45,064 bases of DNA from a virus (taxonomy: Duplodnaviria; Caudoviricetes), in the IMG/VR virus record IMGVR_UViG_3300030207_005124, positions 1 through 45,064 of that record; one strand, written 5' to 3'. Below are positions 7,960 to 17,036 of the stretch, one piece after another. Numbering within the stretch: the stretch's first letter is position 1; each line of letters begins with the position of its first letter. The notes beneath the pieces are model-generated. The model had not been told where the DNA came from. It searched no databases and saw only the letters and a list, made by a program, of their open reading frames with translations. A program made the position numbers and the translations under genes.

Positions 7960-8796
7960 ATGACGGACCTCCTGCATTTTCCGGACGACGAGACCAAGGC
8001 GTTCCGCCGTGCGCGGGCCGAAGCCTGTGCCCGCGCGGCGCAGGATGCGCGGGTGGTCGAGAGCTGCCTCGTGCTGCTCAATGACTGTATCGCATCGCGG
8101 CCGGGCCGGGACGGGAAGTATCCGGCACCCGATCTCGCCCGGTGGATGAGCGAGGCGCAGGCGGTGCTGCATGAGGTCAAAGCCCAGCCCGCCCAGATCC
8201 GCATGGAGGCGGGTGTCGCTGAGCGCTGCCTCAAGCTCAAGGGTCTTATCGACGAAGCCGAGTTGTCGCGCTTCGTCACGGTGACGGCTTGCGAGCCGTC
8301 CTCCCTCGATATGGCGCGGGAGGTCAATGACGACCTCGTCAACCGCGCGCGGCGTTTCAGTCGCGACGGCAAGGGGCCGATCTTCCTTTTCGACTCCACG
8401 CCCGGCGCTTTCGAGGACGGGGTCAAGCGACGCTTCCTCGAAGCAGGCGGCGCATCCCGGCTTTCGCCGGGACAGGCGGCCTCCGGCGCACGGCGTGCGC
8501 CGGGTGCGCCCGCCGCCAATCTCACGCCCGGCCTCATTTCCCGCGATTTGCGGCTTCCCGCCGGTGCGCCCGTCACCGCCGGGGAGACGGCGGGCGCGGT
8601 CACCCCTCCCTCCTCCTCGGTGGCCGCGTTCGCTGTTCACTTTTGCGTCGGTGTTGGGCGCTCGGTCGGGACGATGCTCCGTCCCTCGCGCATGCGGGTT
8701 CGCTCTCTTTTCCATGGCGCGAGGATGCCGCGCACGCTCCGGAAAGTAATGGAGAAAGGGCGCGGGCTTTTCTCCCGTGCGCGGGGTGGCGCATGA
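7960..8796 (+). CDS. Hypothetical phage protein
   Basis: MTDLLHFPDD...; ATGA overlap with the CII-like gene; C-terminal half low complexity. Confidence 0.55.
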   Translation: MTDLLHFPDDETKAFRRARAEACARAAQDARVVESCLVLLNDCIASRPGRDGKYPAPDLARWMSEAQAVLHEVKAQPAQIRMEAGVAERCLKLKGLIDEAELSRFVTVTACEPSSLDMAREVNDDLVNRARRFSRDGKGPIFLFDSTPGAFEDGVKRRFLEAGGASRLSPGQAASGARRAPGAPAANLTPGLISRDLRLPAGAPVTAGETAGAVTPPSSSVAAFAVHFCVGVGRSVGTMLRPSRMRVRSLFHGARMPRTLRKVMEKGRGLFSRARGGA

Positions 8797-9278
8797 CCGG
8801 GCGTTTTCACTCCGAAGACACTTACTTGCGCCTGAAGGCGGCGACGCGGCTGCTCATGCGCGATGCCGGGGGGCTGGAGCTAGCCGCGAAGGTGACGCGG
8901 ATCGAACGGGCGGAACTGTCGCGCTGTGAGAATCCGAATGTCGGCCGCTTTCTGCCTGTCGACGTGCTGCTCGATCTCGAAGCGGCGAATGGCGAACCGC
9001 ATCTCACCCGCGAGATCGCCCGCGCGCAGGGCCATGTGCTGATTGAGCTGCCCAGCCTCGACGGCACGGGCGAGTGGGGACGCCACCTCGGCGACATCGC
9101 CAAGGAATGCGGCGAGGCCATTGCCGTGGTGGGCCAAGCGCTCGCCCAGGGCGGCACGATCACGGCGGAAGAAGTCCGCGAGCTGAACATCACCCGCGAA
9201 ATCGACGAAGCCGTCGAAAAGCTCATCGCGCTGCGCACGGCGCTTGCGGACCTCGAGAAACGGGGGAAGCGGAAATGA
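8793..9278 (+). CDS. CII-like phage regulatory protein
   Basis: LKAATRLLMRDAGGLELAAKVTRI...LSRCENPN..FLPVDVLLDLE...GHVLIELP pattern; position downstream of cro. Confidence 0.7.
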   Translation: MTGRFHSEDTYLRLKAATRLLMRDAGGLELAAKVTRIERAELSRCENPNVGRFLPVDVLLDLEAANGEPHLTREIARAQGHVLIELPSLDGTGEWGRHLGDIAKECGEAIAVVGQALAQGGTITAEEVRELNITREIDEAVEKLIALRTALADLEKRGKRK

Positions 9279-9523
9279 ACGATCCTCTCTTCGATATCGA
9301 GAGCCGCTATCACTGGCGCTATGCCGACGACTGCCTTCATCTCGCCGATGAGGCGAACACGACGCTTGAAGTTCATGGCGATCTTGCCGGGCGGCTCGCT
9401 GACGGGTTGCAGATGCTTGAGACGGCCGGAGTCTACATGCAGCCGGTGCTTTCGCTTCTCTGGCACACGGCAGCTGCGGGCTCGGCCGGCCTGATCGTTC
9501 CTCAGCATGAGGGAGGCGTGTGA
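9275..9523 (+). CDS. Hypothetical protein
   Basis: ATGA overlap with the upstream gene. Confidence 0.6.
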   Translation: MNDPLFDIESRYHWRYADDCLHLADEANTTLEVHGDLAGRLADGLQMLETAGVYMQPVLSLLWHTAAAGSAGLIVPQHEGGV

Positions 9524-9846
9524 TGGGGCAGGTGCGGCTCACCCATGAACAACGCCTCGTGCTCGCCGTCGACCGGCTTCTCAGCGGCTCGCGCGACGAA
9601 GAAGCCGTGCGGCGTGAGCTGCGCGAGATGATCGAACGACCGCTGGCGGAGTGCATCGACAAACCGGTTTACACGGCACTGCGCGGAGCCGCGCGCGCCT
9701 GGCTGATGACGGGCGCGAACCATCCACAGCGGGCACAGCTGAAAGCACATCTCTTCAATGCCCGCGAGCTGGTCCGCAATGCGCAGGCACCGATGACGGT
9801 CGCCTATACCGGCGGCGCCCGCCCCTACATTGAAAGGGACCGCTGA
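9523..9846 (+). CDS. Hypothetical protein
   Basis: GGAGG RBS, TGATG overlap. Confidence 0.65.
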   Translation: MGQVRLTHEQRLVLAVDRLLSGSRDEEAVRRELREMIERPLAECIDKPVYTALRGAARAWLMTGANHPQRAQLKAHLFNARELVRNAQAPMTVAYTGGARPYIERDR

Positions 9847-9848
9847 TC

Positions 9849-10490
9849 ATGACGCCACTTGTCGCACGCGGCGGGTCGACGCTTCGGACAAACCCGAACC
9901 AGCTTCACGAAACGGAAGAGGCGGGCACGCTCGCCCTGCTGGCGCGGGAAGGGCGGCGCATGGCGCATGTTTCCGGCGATATATGGGAGCCGGCCTGTGG
10001 GCGTGGCCGCATGTCGCGCGTGTTTAGCGCGGCGGGTTTCCGCGTGACCTCGACGGATCTTGTCGACCGGGGCTTCGGGAAAGGTGGCGTCGACTTCCTG
10101 AAAGCGCGGAGGCTTCGCGCGCCCGTAGTCATTACCAATCCGCCTTATGGCGAGCTGGTCGAAAGCTTCATTCGCCATGCCCGGGCGCTCGGCGCGCGCT
10201 ATCTCGCGCTGCTGGTGAAAGCCGATTTTTTCCAGGCGGCGGGGAAGGCCGCGCGGCAGCGCCTCTTCAATGAATTTCCCCCCTCGCGCATTCACCCGCT
10301 GGGCTGGCGGCTCGACTGGACGGGGCAGGGACGCCCGGTGATGAACTGCGTCTGGCTCGTCTGGGACTGGGTGGCGGGCGGCGAGCCCTTCACCGGCCAA
10401 GGCGGACGACCTTACGCGCAGCACTATGCGGCCGTGTCGAAAGACGAGGCGGTGGCGGCGCATGGCGTGCGCTTCGGGAGGGACACGTAA
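9849..10490 (+). CDS. Small SAM-dependent DNA amino-methyltransferase (N6-adenine type)
   Basis: Motif I WEPACGRG, TDLVDRGFG, motif IV ITNPPY. Confidence 0.82.
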   Translation: MTPLVARGGSTLRTNPNQLHETEEAGTLALLAREGRRMAHVSGDIWEPACGRGRMSRVFSAAGFRVTSTDLVDRGFGKGGVDFLKARRLRAPVVITNPPYGELVESFIRHARALGARYLALLVKADFFQAAGKAARQRLFNEFPPSRIHPLGWRLDWTGQGRPVMNCVWLVWDWVAGGEPFTGQGGRPYAQHYAAVSKDEAVAAHGVRFGRDT

Positions 10491-10828
10491 TGGTCGATCT
10501 CGTCGGCACCTGCCCGAAAGACTTCTGGAAAGAGTGGATAGCGGAAGGCGACATCGCTGGAACGCCGGAGTCCGGCCAAACGTGGGGATGGTACACGCGC
10601 CACAGCTATCGATTTCTGATCCGGCCCGGCGACAGGTTTTACGTGGTCGCACATGGAAAGCTGAGAGGCTACGCGCCGGTAATCGGTATGGACGGCCCCG
10701 CGATCCTGCGCCGGGGCGGCGCGGTCGCAGTGACGATTGACGAACCGATCCCGGGCTTTCGCGGCCTGCGCAAACGCTGGTGGCCGCGCGAAGTGGAGCA
10801 GCCGTTCCCCGATTGGAGGCTGCCATGA
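10490..10828 (+). CDS. Hypothetical protein (possibly ASCH/PUA-like fold)
   Basis: TAATG overlap; aromatic-rich, IRPGDRFYVVAHGKLRGYAPV; the fold is a guess. Confidence 0.65.
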   Translation: MVDLVGTCPKDFWKEWIAEGDIAGTPESGQTWGWYTRHSYRFLIRPGDRFYVVAHGKLRGYAPVIGMDGPAILRRGGAVAVTIDEPIPGFRGLRKRWWPREVEQPFPDWRLP

Positions 10829-11079
10829 CACAGCGCGATCTCTTCGGCGGCCGGGCGCGCGCGGATACCGGCCTCAGGGAGCCGGTCGAACTCGATTGCG
10901 AGGTCACGGTCATTCGCGAGTTTGCGGTGCAACTGAAATTCATTTCGCCGGAAGGGCAGGAGGGCGAGGCATGGTGCCCGCGAAGTCTCCTTCGCTTTCG
11001 CGGCAACGGGCAGGCGCGCATGGGCGCCCAGGTGCTCGACATCGAGCGCTTCAAGGCAAAGGAGATCGGGGCGATATGA
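10825..11079 (+). CDS. Hypothetical protein
   Basis: GGAGG RBS, ATGA overlaps on both sides. Confidence 0.65.
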   Translation: MTQRDLFGGRARADTGLREPVELDCEVTVIREFAVQLKFISPEGQEGEAWCPRSLLRFRGNGQARMGAQVLDIERFKAKEIGAI

Positions 11080-11654
11080 CGAGGCCAACGCTTAAGGATT
11101 TCACGCCGACCAAGGAGACGATCAGTCTGCATGGACTCGGCTTCCTCCAAATTCGGCTGACTGCCGACATGCGGATGCATGTCTGGCATCCGGAGCTGCC
11201 TCGCCGGCGCTGCTTTGAATATTCGGCGGTTCACAATCATCGCTTCAGCTTCACGTCGCGGGTGCTGAAGGGAACGCAGGTCAACCGCCGATGCGACCTG
11301 GAGATCGTTAAGCCCGAAACCGGTTCGCACCTGCTCATCAGCCATAACGGCCCGCGCAGCGAAAAAGGCTCGCGGCTCAGCTACCCGGTGGCGGATGCGA
11401 ATGTGATCGAGCGTCCAATCGAACGCTATGCTCCGGGCGAGGCGTACTTCATGCCGGCTTACGAGTATCACCACACGCCTTGCGACGGGATCGTGGTGAC
11501 AGTCATCCAGAAGCATGAAGAGCACACGATTCATGCGAACAGCGTTTGCAGGCGTGGCGTCGAATTCGACTACGACTTCGACCGCTTCCAGCTTTCGCGC
11601 GACGAACTCTTCTCTTACGTCATGGATGCCCTCCAGACATCGGAGGTGACATGA
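11076..11654 (+). CDS. Cupin-like putative metal-binding protein
   Basis: HGLGFLQ, RMHVWHP, VHNHRFSFTSRVLKG and distal EYHH: cupin-type His pattern. Confidence 0.7.
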   Translation: MTRPTLKDFTPTKETISLHGLGFLQIRLTADMRMHVWHPELPRRRCFEYSAVHNHRFSFTSRVLKGTQVNRRCDLEIVKPETGSHLLISHNGPRSEKGSRLSYPVADANVIERPIERYAPGEAYFMPAYEYHHTPCDGIVVTVIQKHEEHTIHANSVCRRGVEFDYDFDRFQLSRDELFSYVMDALQTSEVT

Positions 11655-11980
11655 AACGCGAACTCACCGAAGAGCATCGAGCAATGCGCCGCGGCCTTCT
11701 CTGGCTTGCGGCGGGCGCCGTTTCCTCTGTCACGACGGGCTTGATCGGTGTCGGGCTTGGCTTTGGCGAGGGCGTTTTCTTCGCCTTCGCGACCATTGCC
11801 ATGGCGACCGCCGGGCTAGCGCTTCTCTTCGTCGAGCACATCACCGTCGCAGGGGAGGAAGCCGAGGAACCGGAAATCGTGTTCCGGCCGATGCGACTCT
11901 CTGATGTGGACAAGCAACTTGTAGAGGCGGAGCGCGAGATCAACGAACGCATCTGCTTGGCCATTGCCGGCCGGCTTTAA
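11651..11980 (+). CDS. Two-TM membrane protein
   Basis: GGAGG RBS; two hydrophobic segments. Confidence 0.65.
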   Translation: MKRELTEEHRAMRRGLLWLAAGAVSSVTTGLIGVGLGFGEGVFFAFATIAMATAGLALLFVEHITVAGEEAEEPEIVFRPMRLSDVDKQLVEAEREINERICLAIAGRL

Positions 11981-12172
11981 GGGAAATGTTCCACATGAAC
12001 AATTCGCAGACGGACGAAAAGCGAATCCCGGACTCCGCGGGGACAGGTGGCGATGTGTGCGCCGAGCAGGTGCGGGAATGGTGCTGCTCTAAAATTGTGG
12101 AAAGCGACTACGGCGTGCTTGCGGAGAAGCTGTGGTCAACACGCGGGCTCGACGATCTCGAAGGAGACGAAG

Positions 12173-12424
12173 ATGACTGGGATGCAGAGTACGGCGATGG
12201 GGGGCATTATTCCCGCCGCCGACGCTTTCATCCTGATCCGCGAAGCCACGAACCATTACCCTTTTCCGTTGACCGAGCCGCTTCTCGACGCGGCGCTCCG
12301 CGATTTGCAGCCGCATGTCGCGCATTACCTCGTGAACGGCGTGGGTGCCGATGGCGTCGAAAGCGTCGTCGTTGATGAGATCATCAGGAAATTGCTGGAG
12401 GAACCCGATGCGCTTCTCGGTTGA
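12173..12424 (+). CDS. Hypothetical protein
   Basis: AAGGAG RBS before ATG 12173; competes with the overlapping ORF 11986..12375. Confidence 0.45.
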   Translation: MTGMQSTAMGGIIPAADAFILIREATNHYPFPLTEPLLDAALRDLQPHVAHYLVNGVGADGVESVVVDEIIRKLLEEPDALLG

Positions 12425-13571
12425 AGCTGCCGCGCTCAAACGCGCCGTCGCCCTTGTCAGTCCTGTGCTGCCGCGACGGGCGACGGTCCCCATTCTCGAA
12501 AATGTCCTGCTGACCTTGTCCGGTGATTGCCTGCGGATCACGGCGAACGATCTTGACCAGGGGGTGACGGTCGAGATGACGGTAGCGGGGGAGGAAAACG
12601 GGCAGACAACAGTGAACGGGGCACGGCTCAAGAGTATCGCCGATACCGCGCCTGCCGGCGCACAGATTTCACTGTCGGCGGCGGAAGATGCGAGCAAGGC
12701 CGCCGCCGTGGCTTGCGGGCGAAGCCGCTTTCGCCTTGCCGTTCTACCCGTCACTGAGTTTCCCGTTCCGAAACCCGTTAGCGGTATCGTGCTGGAACTT
12801 CAGCCGGGAGAACTGGGGCGCATACTTTCGGCCTCGGTATGCAGCTCACACGAGGACGCGCGCTACTATCTGAACGGGGTCTTTCTTCATCGCAAACAAA
12901 AAGAGCTGTGCGCGACGGCGACTGACGGTCACAAGCTGGCTCACATCCCAATGTCCTTGCCGGAAGGCGGCGAGCAGTTGGAGGACAATCCAGATGGCGG
13001 CGGCGGATACATCATTCCGAACGCCGCGCTGCGGCAACTTTCTGCCATGGGGGCCGACAAGGCCTGCTCCTTGATCCTGACCGAGACAGCGGTCGAGGCG
13101 CGGATCGACCTCGGGAAGGATCAGGGACCGCTGATATACCGGACAAGGCTTGTCGACGGGCAGTTCCCTTCCTACTCGCGGGTTATTCCGCCCCGTGAAA
13201 ATTTTGAAGGCGCGGCGCTTGTGAACACCGGGCACTTTCGCGCCGCACTGAAACGCTGCTCCGTTGCGTTGAGTGCGGTGGAACATGCCTCGTCCGGCAG
13301 GCCGAAAGAGGCTGTTGCTCTCCATTTCGAGAACAACGTCCTGCGGGTTGAGGCGACGGGCGCCTTGGGGGAAGCCGCGAGCGAAGAAATCGACATCGAG
13401 TGGAGCGGCGCTTCGCTCAGATCTGGCTTCAACTGGCGATATCTGGACCTGATATCCGAAGCTGTCGACTCGGAAAACCTGCGCTTCTGGCCGAGCGTCG
13501 AGGGACCATCACGGTTTGAACCCGAGGTGGAAGACGGCCGCATCTACGTCGTCATGCCGATGAGGACCTGA
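12408..13571 (+). CDS. dnaN: DNA polymerase III beta sliding clamp, phage-encoded
   Basis: RRATVPILENVLL, ITANDLD, ARYYLNGV, ATDGHKLA, RLVDGQFPSYSRVIP, GFNWRYL and C-terminal YVVMPMR; GGAGG RBS. Confidence 0.93.
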   Translation: MRFSVEAAALKRAVALVSPVLPRRATVPILENVLLTLSGDCLRITANDLDQGVTVEMTVAGEENGQTTVNGARLKSIADTAPAGAQISLSAAEDASKAAAVACGRSRFRLAVLPVTEFPVPKPVSGIVLELQPGELGRILSASVCSSHEDARYYLNGVFLHRKQKELCATATDGHKLAHIPMSLPEGGEQLEDNPDGGGGYIIPNAALRQLSAMGADKACSLILTETAVEARIDLGKDQGPLIYRTRLVDGQFPSYSRVIPPRENFEGAALVNTGHFRAALKRCSVALSAVEHASSGRPKEAVALHFENNVLRVEATGALGEAASEEIDIEWSGASLRSGFNWRYLDLISEAVDSENLRFWPSVEGPSRFEPEVEDGRIYVVMPMRT

Positions 13572-13573
13572 CC

Positions 13574-14038
13574 ATGGGGTTTCGCTCGCCCGGGGCTGAC
13601 CGGCGCTTCCTTTCCGAAACAATGCAGCAGCTGCGCCTCGCGCCGCAGGCTGGCGTCATCCAGTTCATCGTGGGCGATGCTGCGCCGGAGATCGGCGCGC
13701 ATACGGCGGGCGCCTATACGGCCTCGCGGCACTACGCCGCCGAGCCCTGGCACAAGCTGACGGCGGCACTGCTGTTGCTTGAGGATATCGCAGAATGGCT
13801 CGGCAGCGGCGAAGGGCTGGCCGATCCGGAGCTTGCGGGTGTGCGCGAACAGGCGATCGCGGCGCTCGATGCCTTCGGGCTCGCGCCGGGTGACCTCAAG
13901 GCGGAACTCACGAACGACACGGACACAACCCGGCATTCGCCGGGGTGTCCAGAGAGCGGCACGACAGATGACAATTGTCACCATGTCGGGAAGGCGCACG
14001 GCGTGCGGAAAGGGGCTGGCGGAGAGGGCACGATGTAA
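13574..14038 (+). CDS. Hypothetical protein
   Basis: Follows dnaN by 2 nt; GAGG RBS. Confidence 0.6.
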   Translation: MGFRSPGADRRFLSETMQQLRLAPQAGVIQFIVGDAAPEIGAHTAGAYTASRHYAAEPWHKLTAALLLLEDIAEWLGSGEGLADPELAGVREQAIAALDAFGLAPGDLKAELTNDTDTTRHSPGCPESGTTDDNCHHVGKAHGVRKGAGGEGTM

Positions 14039-14523
14039 TGACACGCGCCGAAGCACAGCGACGTGAGCCGCATCCAGCTCCTAGCCGAGCGCTACCTCAC
14101 AAAGAAGAAGACCTCCGGCGGCAAGGATTCACAAAAAGGGCTTTCGGTATGACAGACAACCTCCTCCGCGAACTCAAATGGCTCTCGCCGGCGGCGAAGA
14201 CGCGGGCCGGGGAAATGATCGTCGGGGGCGGTAAGGCCGCGACGTCGCCTGGCATGAAAGCGCCGGAAGGTGAGCTGGACGCCTTTCTGTTCGAAGTCGG
14301 CCGCTCGCGCGGGCAGGCGCTGATGATCGTGGACAGCGTTGCCACGGCGCTCGACGCGGCGGGCGATCTTGCACCGAAGCGAGCGGAAGGGGCGCTGGAG
14401 ACAGACAAGAGCCACACATATGCCGAGCGCATCGCAATGCTGGTGAAGGCGGCGAGGGAGGCCGAGGAAGCGAAAAGGCAATTGCGCCGCCTAAACGATT
14501 ACATCGCCGGCTGCTTGGTATGA
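14038..14523 (+). CDS. Hypothetical protein
   Basis: TAATG overlap; alternative start at 14149. Confidence 0.6.
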   Translation: MTRAEAQRREPHPAPSRALPHKEEDLRRQGFTKRAFGMTDNLLRELKWLSPAAKTRAGEMIVGGGKAATSPGMKAPEGELDAFLFEVGRSRGQALMIVDSVATALDAAGDLAPKRAEGALETDKSHTYAERIAMLVKAAREAEEAKRQLRRLNDYIAGCLV

Positions 14524-14777
14524 CGCGCGGCCTCATATCGCCCGTTTACGGTTTCGGTGCGGACGGCGCGCGCGAAACGCGCGGAGAGCGCCGCCGCATG
14601 CGGCCCGTGCCGGTGCCTGTGGATGTGCTGGAGGGCTTGCAGCCCGCCGCGCGGGAGCGGGGCATATCCGTGCCGGAACTCGCCCAGCGGCTTCTGGAGA
14701 CGATCAGCGCCGAGAAAATGGTGACGGCAGTGCTGGATGATGAGGCGGACGGCAAACCGCGAGGGAGATATCTGTGA
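14520..14777 (+). CDS. Small putative ribbon-helix-helix DNA-binding protein
   Basis: RPVPVPVDVLEGLQPAARERGISVPELAQRLL pattern. Confidence 0.6.
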   Translation: MTRGLISPVYGFGADGARETRGERRRMRPVPVPVDVLEGLQPAARERGISVPELAQRLLETISAEKMVTAVLDDEADGKPRGRYL

Positions 14778-15238
14778 GGGGCGGAAAACGCAGCAGGAAC
14801 GACTCGGCCGATCTCACGCTGGAGCGGGTGTACGGGCTGATTTCCGCCGCGGCGGAGAAGAACGCGACCGCGCCGACGCACAGGGACATGATCAAGGAGG
14901 TCGGTGCGGACAATGGCCGTATCGCCTATGCGGTCGGCAAGCTTGTAAAGGAAAAGCGGATCGAGAAGAGGATCGATCCGGAGCACTTCTCGCGCCGCTG
15001 CTATCGGATTGTCGCGACGGGCGCAACCACAGCGCGATGGGACAAGGCGTTTGAGAAGCTGCCGCCGAGCAAGAGGCGCGTGGCGATGGAAGCACCGTTG
15101 ACTGATTCTGCAAAACGCAAGCGAAAGTGCATGTGCTGCGGTGAAGACTTTCTGAGCAAGGGCGCGGGCAACCGGCTCTGCGTCTCATGCGGGAGTAAGG
15201 ACGGCGGCTGGCCGCCTGTGGCGCGCATTGCGCTGTGA
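14774..15238 (+). CDS. Winged-helix plus zinc-finger protein
   Basis: APTHRDMIKEVG..IAYAVGKLVKEKRI and KCMCCG..GNRLCVSC. Confidence 0.65.
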   Translation: MRGGKRSRNDSADLTLERVYGLISAAAEKNATAPTHRDMIKEVGADNGRIAYAVGKLVKEKRIEKRIDPEHFSRRCYRIVATGATTARWDKAFEKLPPSKRRVAMEAPLTDSAKRKRKCMCCGEDFLSKGAGNRLCVSCGSKDGGWPPVARIAL

Positions 15239-15345
15239 CGCGATGGGTCGCCCTTGAGCGGAAGGACTTCGGGCTAGAGGGCCTGTCGAGCGGACGATAG
15301 GCAAAGACGAACGCGCCACGCGGCGCGCAATGCAAGGGGCTGTAA

Positions 15346-16179
15346 GTGAGCAAGAGGCGGCTGAGTATCATTCCGGCGGCGGCGGTGGCCGACCCCAATC
15401 TTAACGAGACATGTCTGCGTGTTCTCGGGCAAATCGGGACGTATACAGACAATGAGGGCTGGTGTTTTCCGCGCCAGGGCGAGATCGGCAAGGTGCTTGG
15501 AATCGGACGCCCGGCCGTTAACCGCGCGGTCGCGAAGCTGGCTGAACTGGGCTATCTCGAGGTGCATCCGCAGCGCCGGAAAGACGGTGGGAAGGCGGCA
15601 AATCTCTACCGGGTTGTCCTCGATCCGCCGGTGAATCCGGTGCCTTCAGAGGGCTGCGAAACGCACCCCCCTGTATCGGCGGAGGCACATGGGGCATGTG
15701 CTCACAGCGATACATACCCCTGTGCTCACAGCGATACATACCCCTGTGCTCACAGCGATACATACCCCTGTGCTTCCAGCGATACAGGGCATGAATCCGC
15801 AGGGAGCACAGGGCATGTATCGCCTGCGGATACATCAATAACGAGTCAACTTAACGAGTCAGAGATTCCTGAAGACGCGCGCGCGTACAGCGATACATCG
15901 CCGCCTGTTGCCTTCGACCCCGCCCGCACTGCACTCGCCCGGCTGAAAGCCGAACTCGGCAAGGCGACCTACAGCTCGTGGTTCAAACAAGTTCGCGTTG
16001 AACTACCGGAAGCGCGCGACGGGGCGGCCCTGATCCGGGCGCCATCGGCATTCTCTGCGAATTACATCCGCCAGCATTTCGGGGACAGGCTCGAAGAATT
16101 GCTCGGCAGGAGGATCGAGGTCGTGGCGCACGGCGTGCGTCCAGCGAAAACAAAGCGGGCAGGGAGGCAAGGCAGATGA
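15346..16179 (+). CDS. Phage replication initiator (N-terminal wHTH, C-terminal DnaA-N-like domain)
   Basis: GWCFPRQGEIGKVLGIGRPAVNRAVAKLAELGYL wHTH; LKAELGKATYSSWF..APSAFSANYIRQHF DnaA-N-like; internal iterons. Confidence 0.85.
   Translation: MSKRRLSIIPAAAVADPNLNETCLRVLGQIGTYTDNEGWCFPRQGEIGKVLGIGRPAVNRAVAKLAELGYLEVHPQRRKDGGKAANLYRVVLDPPVNPVPSEGCETHPPVSAEAHGACAHSDTYPCAHSDTYPCAHSDTYPCASSDTGHESAGSTGHVSPADTSITSQLNESEIPEDARAYSDTSPPVAFDPARTALARLKAELGKATYSSWFKQVRVELPEARDGAALIRAPSAFSANYIRQHFGDRLEELLGRRIEVVAHGVRPAKTKRAGRQGR
15672..15834. repeat. Iteron array (probable replication origin) inside the initiator gene
   Basis: 24-bp unit TGTGCTCACAGCGATACATACCCC x3 (15697-15768), a fourth degenerate copy at 15769-15786 and an inverted degenerate copy at 15672-15689. 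Confidence 0.85.
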
Positions 16180-16958
16180 CGGCTGACATGAAAACGGAAA
16201 TCATCGACTGGACAGGCGTGGAAGCGCCGAGTGCCTATCCATTGCCCGCATGGCTCGATCTGCTCTCGGCGTCCGAACGCGGGGAGCGCGACAAGCGGAT
16301 AGCATCGGCGGCGCGGATGGGTTTCGTGAAGATATCGCAGGAAAGGCTCGCTCAAACAGCGCCGGCCTTTCCGGGCTTCGTGTCGCGAAAGCCGGTCAAG
16401 CGGCGTGGCAAGAACGCGGCCAAGGTTGGCGAGGCAGTTGATCGCGGCACGCCGCAAACCCGCGCGAAGCTGAAGACTGATCAAGTGCAGGCGCTATTCC
16501 GGCGCGGCACACTGGACCAAGTGCATGTGGCAGCGGCGGATCGCATCGCCTCTGTGCGTGAGGCGCTGGGGCGCGGGCTCACGCCGGGCGCGGCGGTGAT
16601 CGGCACGCGCGTGCAAGGGGGCGCTGCCTTCCGCGATCCGATGCAGCGCATGAACGAGCGCGAGGGAAAGTGGTGGCTCGAGGAGTACCGGCCATGGCTG
16701 GCCGACCTTGTGAGCGATCCGATCTATCGCGAGACGAAGACGAAGCGGCAGGTGTTCTACTGCGCAATCGGTTTCACGATGGCGATCGTTGTTGATAACT
16801 GGTGCCTGGCCGACGCGGAGGATTATTGCGGCATTCCGCGCAACATGGGCGTCGGTGCGGTGCTGCTGCGAATCGCGCTCGATAGATACGCGCTGATCGC
16901 GGGGATGCGCGCAGGCGAAAAGACCAGCGAAATACGGGCGTTTGAGAAGGTCGCTTGA
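16176..16958 (+). CDS. Putative late-gene regulator (Q-position protein)
   Basis: Last early gene before the late promoter/terminator and cos; LFRRGTLDQVHVAAADR motif and C-terminal HTH-like segment. Confidence 0.6.
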   Translation: MTADMKTEIIDWTGVEAPSAYPLPAWLDLLSASERGERDKRIASAARMGFVKISQERLAQTAPAFPGFVSRKPVKRRGKNAAKVGEAVDRGTPQTRAKLKTDQVQALFRRGTLDQVHVAAADRIASVREALGRGLTPGAAVIGTRVQGGAAFRDPMQRMNEREGKWWLEEYRPWLADLVSDPIYRETKTKRQVFYCAIGFTMAIVVDNWCLADAEDYCGIPRNMGVGAVLLRIALDRYALIAGMRAGEKTSEIRAFEKVA

Positions 16959-16983
16959 CTTGCCGCCACTTCGACTCCTAAAT
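16955..16983 (+). promoter_or_regulatory. Late promoter candidate (pR'-like)
   Basis: TTGACT (16955-16960), 17 bp, CTAAAT (16978-16983). Confidence 0.55.
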
Positions 16984-17002
16984 CACCACACTGCAAGACG
17001 AG

Positions 17003-17036
17003 CGCCCCACGGGAAACCGGCGGGGCGTTTTCGTTT
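17003..17036 (+). terminator. Intrinsic terminator after the late promoter (tR'-like)
   Basis: CGCCCC-ACGG-GAAA-CCGG-C-GGGGCG followed by TTTTCGTTT. Confidence 0.7.

Noticed and set aside
7424-7963. Plus-strand ORF starting at the cro stop codon
   Set aside because: Reads as the antisense shadow of the better-supported 7445..7744 minus-strand gene
11987-12002. TGTTCCACATGAACAA resembling chromosomal parS (TGTTNCACGTGAAACA)
   Set aside because: Three mismatches, single copy, broken symmetry
15697-15786. 24-bp repeats as a CRISPR array
   Set aside because: Head-to-tail with no unique spacers, in frame within the initiator gene, no cas genes; iterons fit better
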